This document shows, piece by piece, positions 63,328 to 64,000 of a stretch of DNA of 64,000 bases; the stretch's first letter is position 1; each line of letters begins with the position of its first letter. Under the pieces are notes generated by a model that did not search any database, was not told the origin of the DNA, and worked only from the letters and a program-made list of their open reading frames with translations. The stretch spans positions 782,191 to 846,190 of the forward strand of contig MU004237.1 in NCBI GenBank assembly GCA_010405405.1, read 5' to 3'. The position numbers were made by a program, and so were the translations under genes. Source of the DNA: Microthyrium microscopicum (taxonomy: Eukaryota).

Positions 63328-64000
63328 GGGCGATGTTATTTCGCCACCCCAAAAACACTATTCGACCACCCTAAAATTACTATTGGGCCTCCTTTGTAAT
63401 TCCGATTAGCTGCTAGTCCTAAATAGGAAATAAATATATTTTCTTGCTATATATTTAACTTAGCTCCGCTAAGCCCTATAAGTTATAGGAATATTACTAA
63501 AATCTTAACTTTATTTCTTACTTTTAGCAAAATTCTACTACTACTCTACTAAAATCTACTAATACTTTAATCTACTACTACTATATTAAATAGCTATTAA
63601 ATTTTCTTCTAAGGATAGTAAATTTTGCTCCTTTAAAAGCGCTCTTAAGTATATATAAAATTATAGTAAATAATATAGTTATACTATAGTTAAAAAGTAA
63701 TTTAAAACTAAGGAAGGTAAAGATATTCCCTATATTTACTACTATAAATATAACTACTATAATAACTACCCTTTAACGTCCCTTAGTATATAGAAGCCTA
63801 AAATAAAGTAAAAAGACTATCCCTTTAGGCTCATTATATAGTAGTATAAGGACCTTTAGTTTAATTAGATTTAGAAGATTAAAACTAAACCTAATAGTTA
63901 TAACTATTCGCTATTAAATAATCTTGCTTTATATACTTAATATTATTAAGATATATTAAAATTAATTAGTAGTAGTATAGCGATTAATAAATATATAGAT
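63328..64000. mobile_element. Start of another RIP-degraded repeat, probably a DNA transposon end, truncated by the window edge
   Basis: TIR-like GC-richer tip with paired motifs TATTTCGCCACCCC/TATTCGACCACCC, then an abrupt shift to TpA-rich sequence. The exact boundary is uncertain. Confidence 0.65.

Overview
Filamentous ascomycete genomic DNA: short GT-AG introns with CTAAC/CTGAC branch sites, and AT-rich blocks that look RIP-mutated. The left third holds an SDR and a large NACHT-ankyrin (fungal NLR-like) gene split by an ~11.7-kb RIP-degraded DNA element with ~183-bp terminal inverted repeats (TIRs) and a GTAGT target duplication. Removing the element restores one continuous ~2170-aa frame. 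Next come a con-6-like gene, a membrane protein, a Mutator-type MITE, and a run of secreted-protein genes (LysM/CBM18/GH18 killer-toxin-like chitinase, GPI-like protein, DUF1996, histidine-phosphatase-like). These are followed by core genes (SAL1-like Ca-binding carrier, PI-PLC, Hst3/4 sirtuin, Med16, Hem25), several small or orphan genes, a DUF3328/UstYa oxidase, and another RIPed repeat at the right edge. The most striking observation is a structurally perfect tRNA-Leu(UAA) gene at 55275-55409 interrupted in the D-stem by a 53-nt intron with full spliceosomal signals (GT...CTAAC...CAG), rather than a canonical 37/38 tRNA intron. All calls were made by eye; no searches were run.
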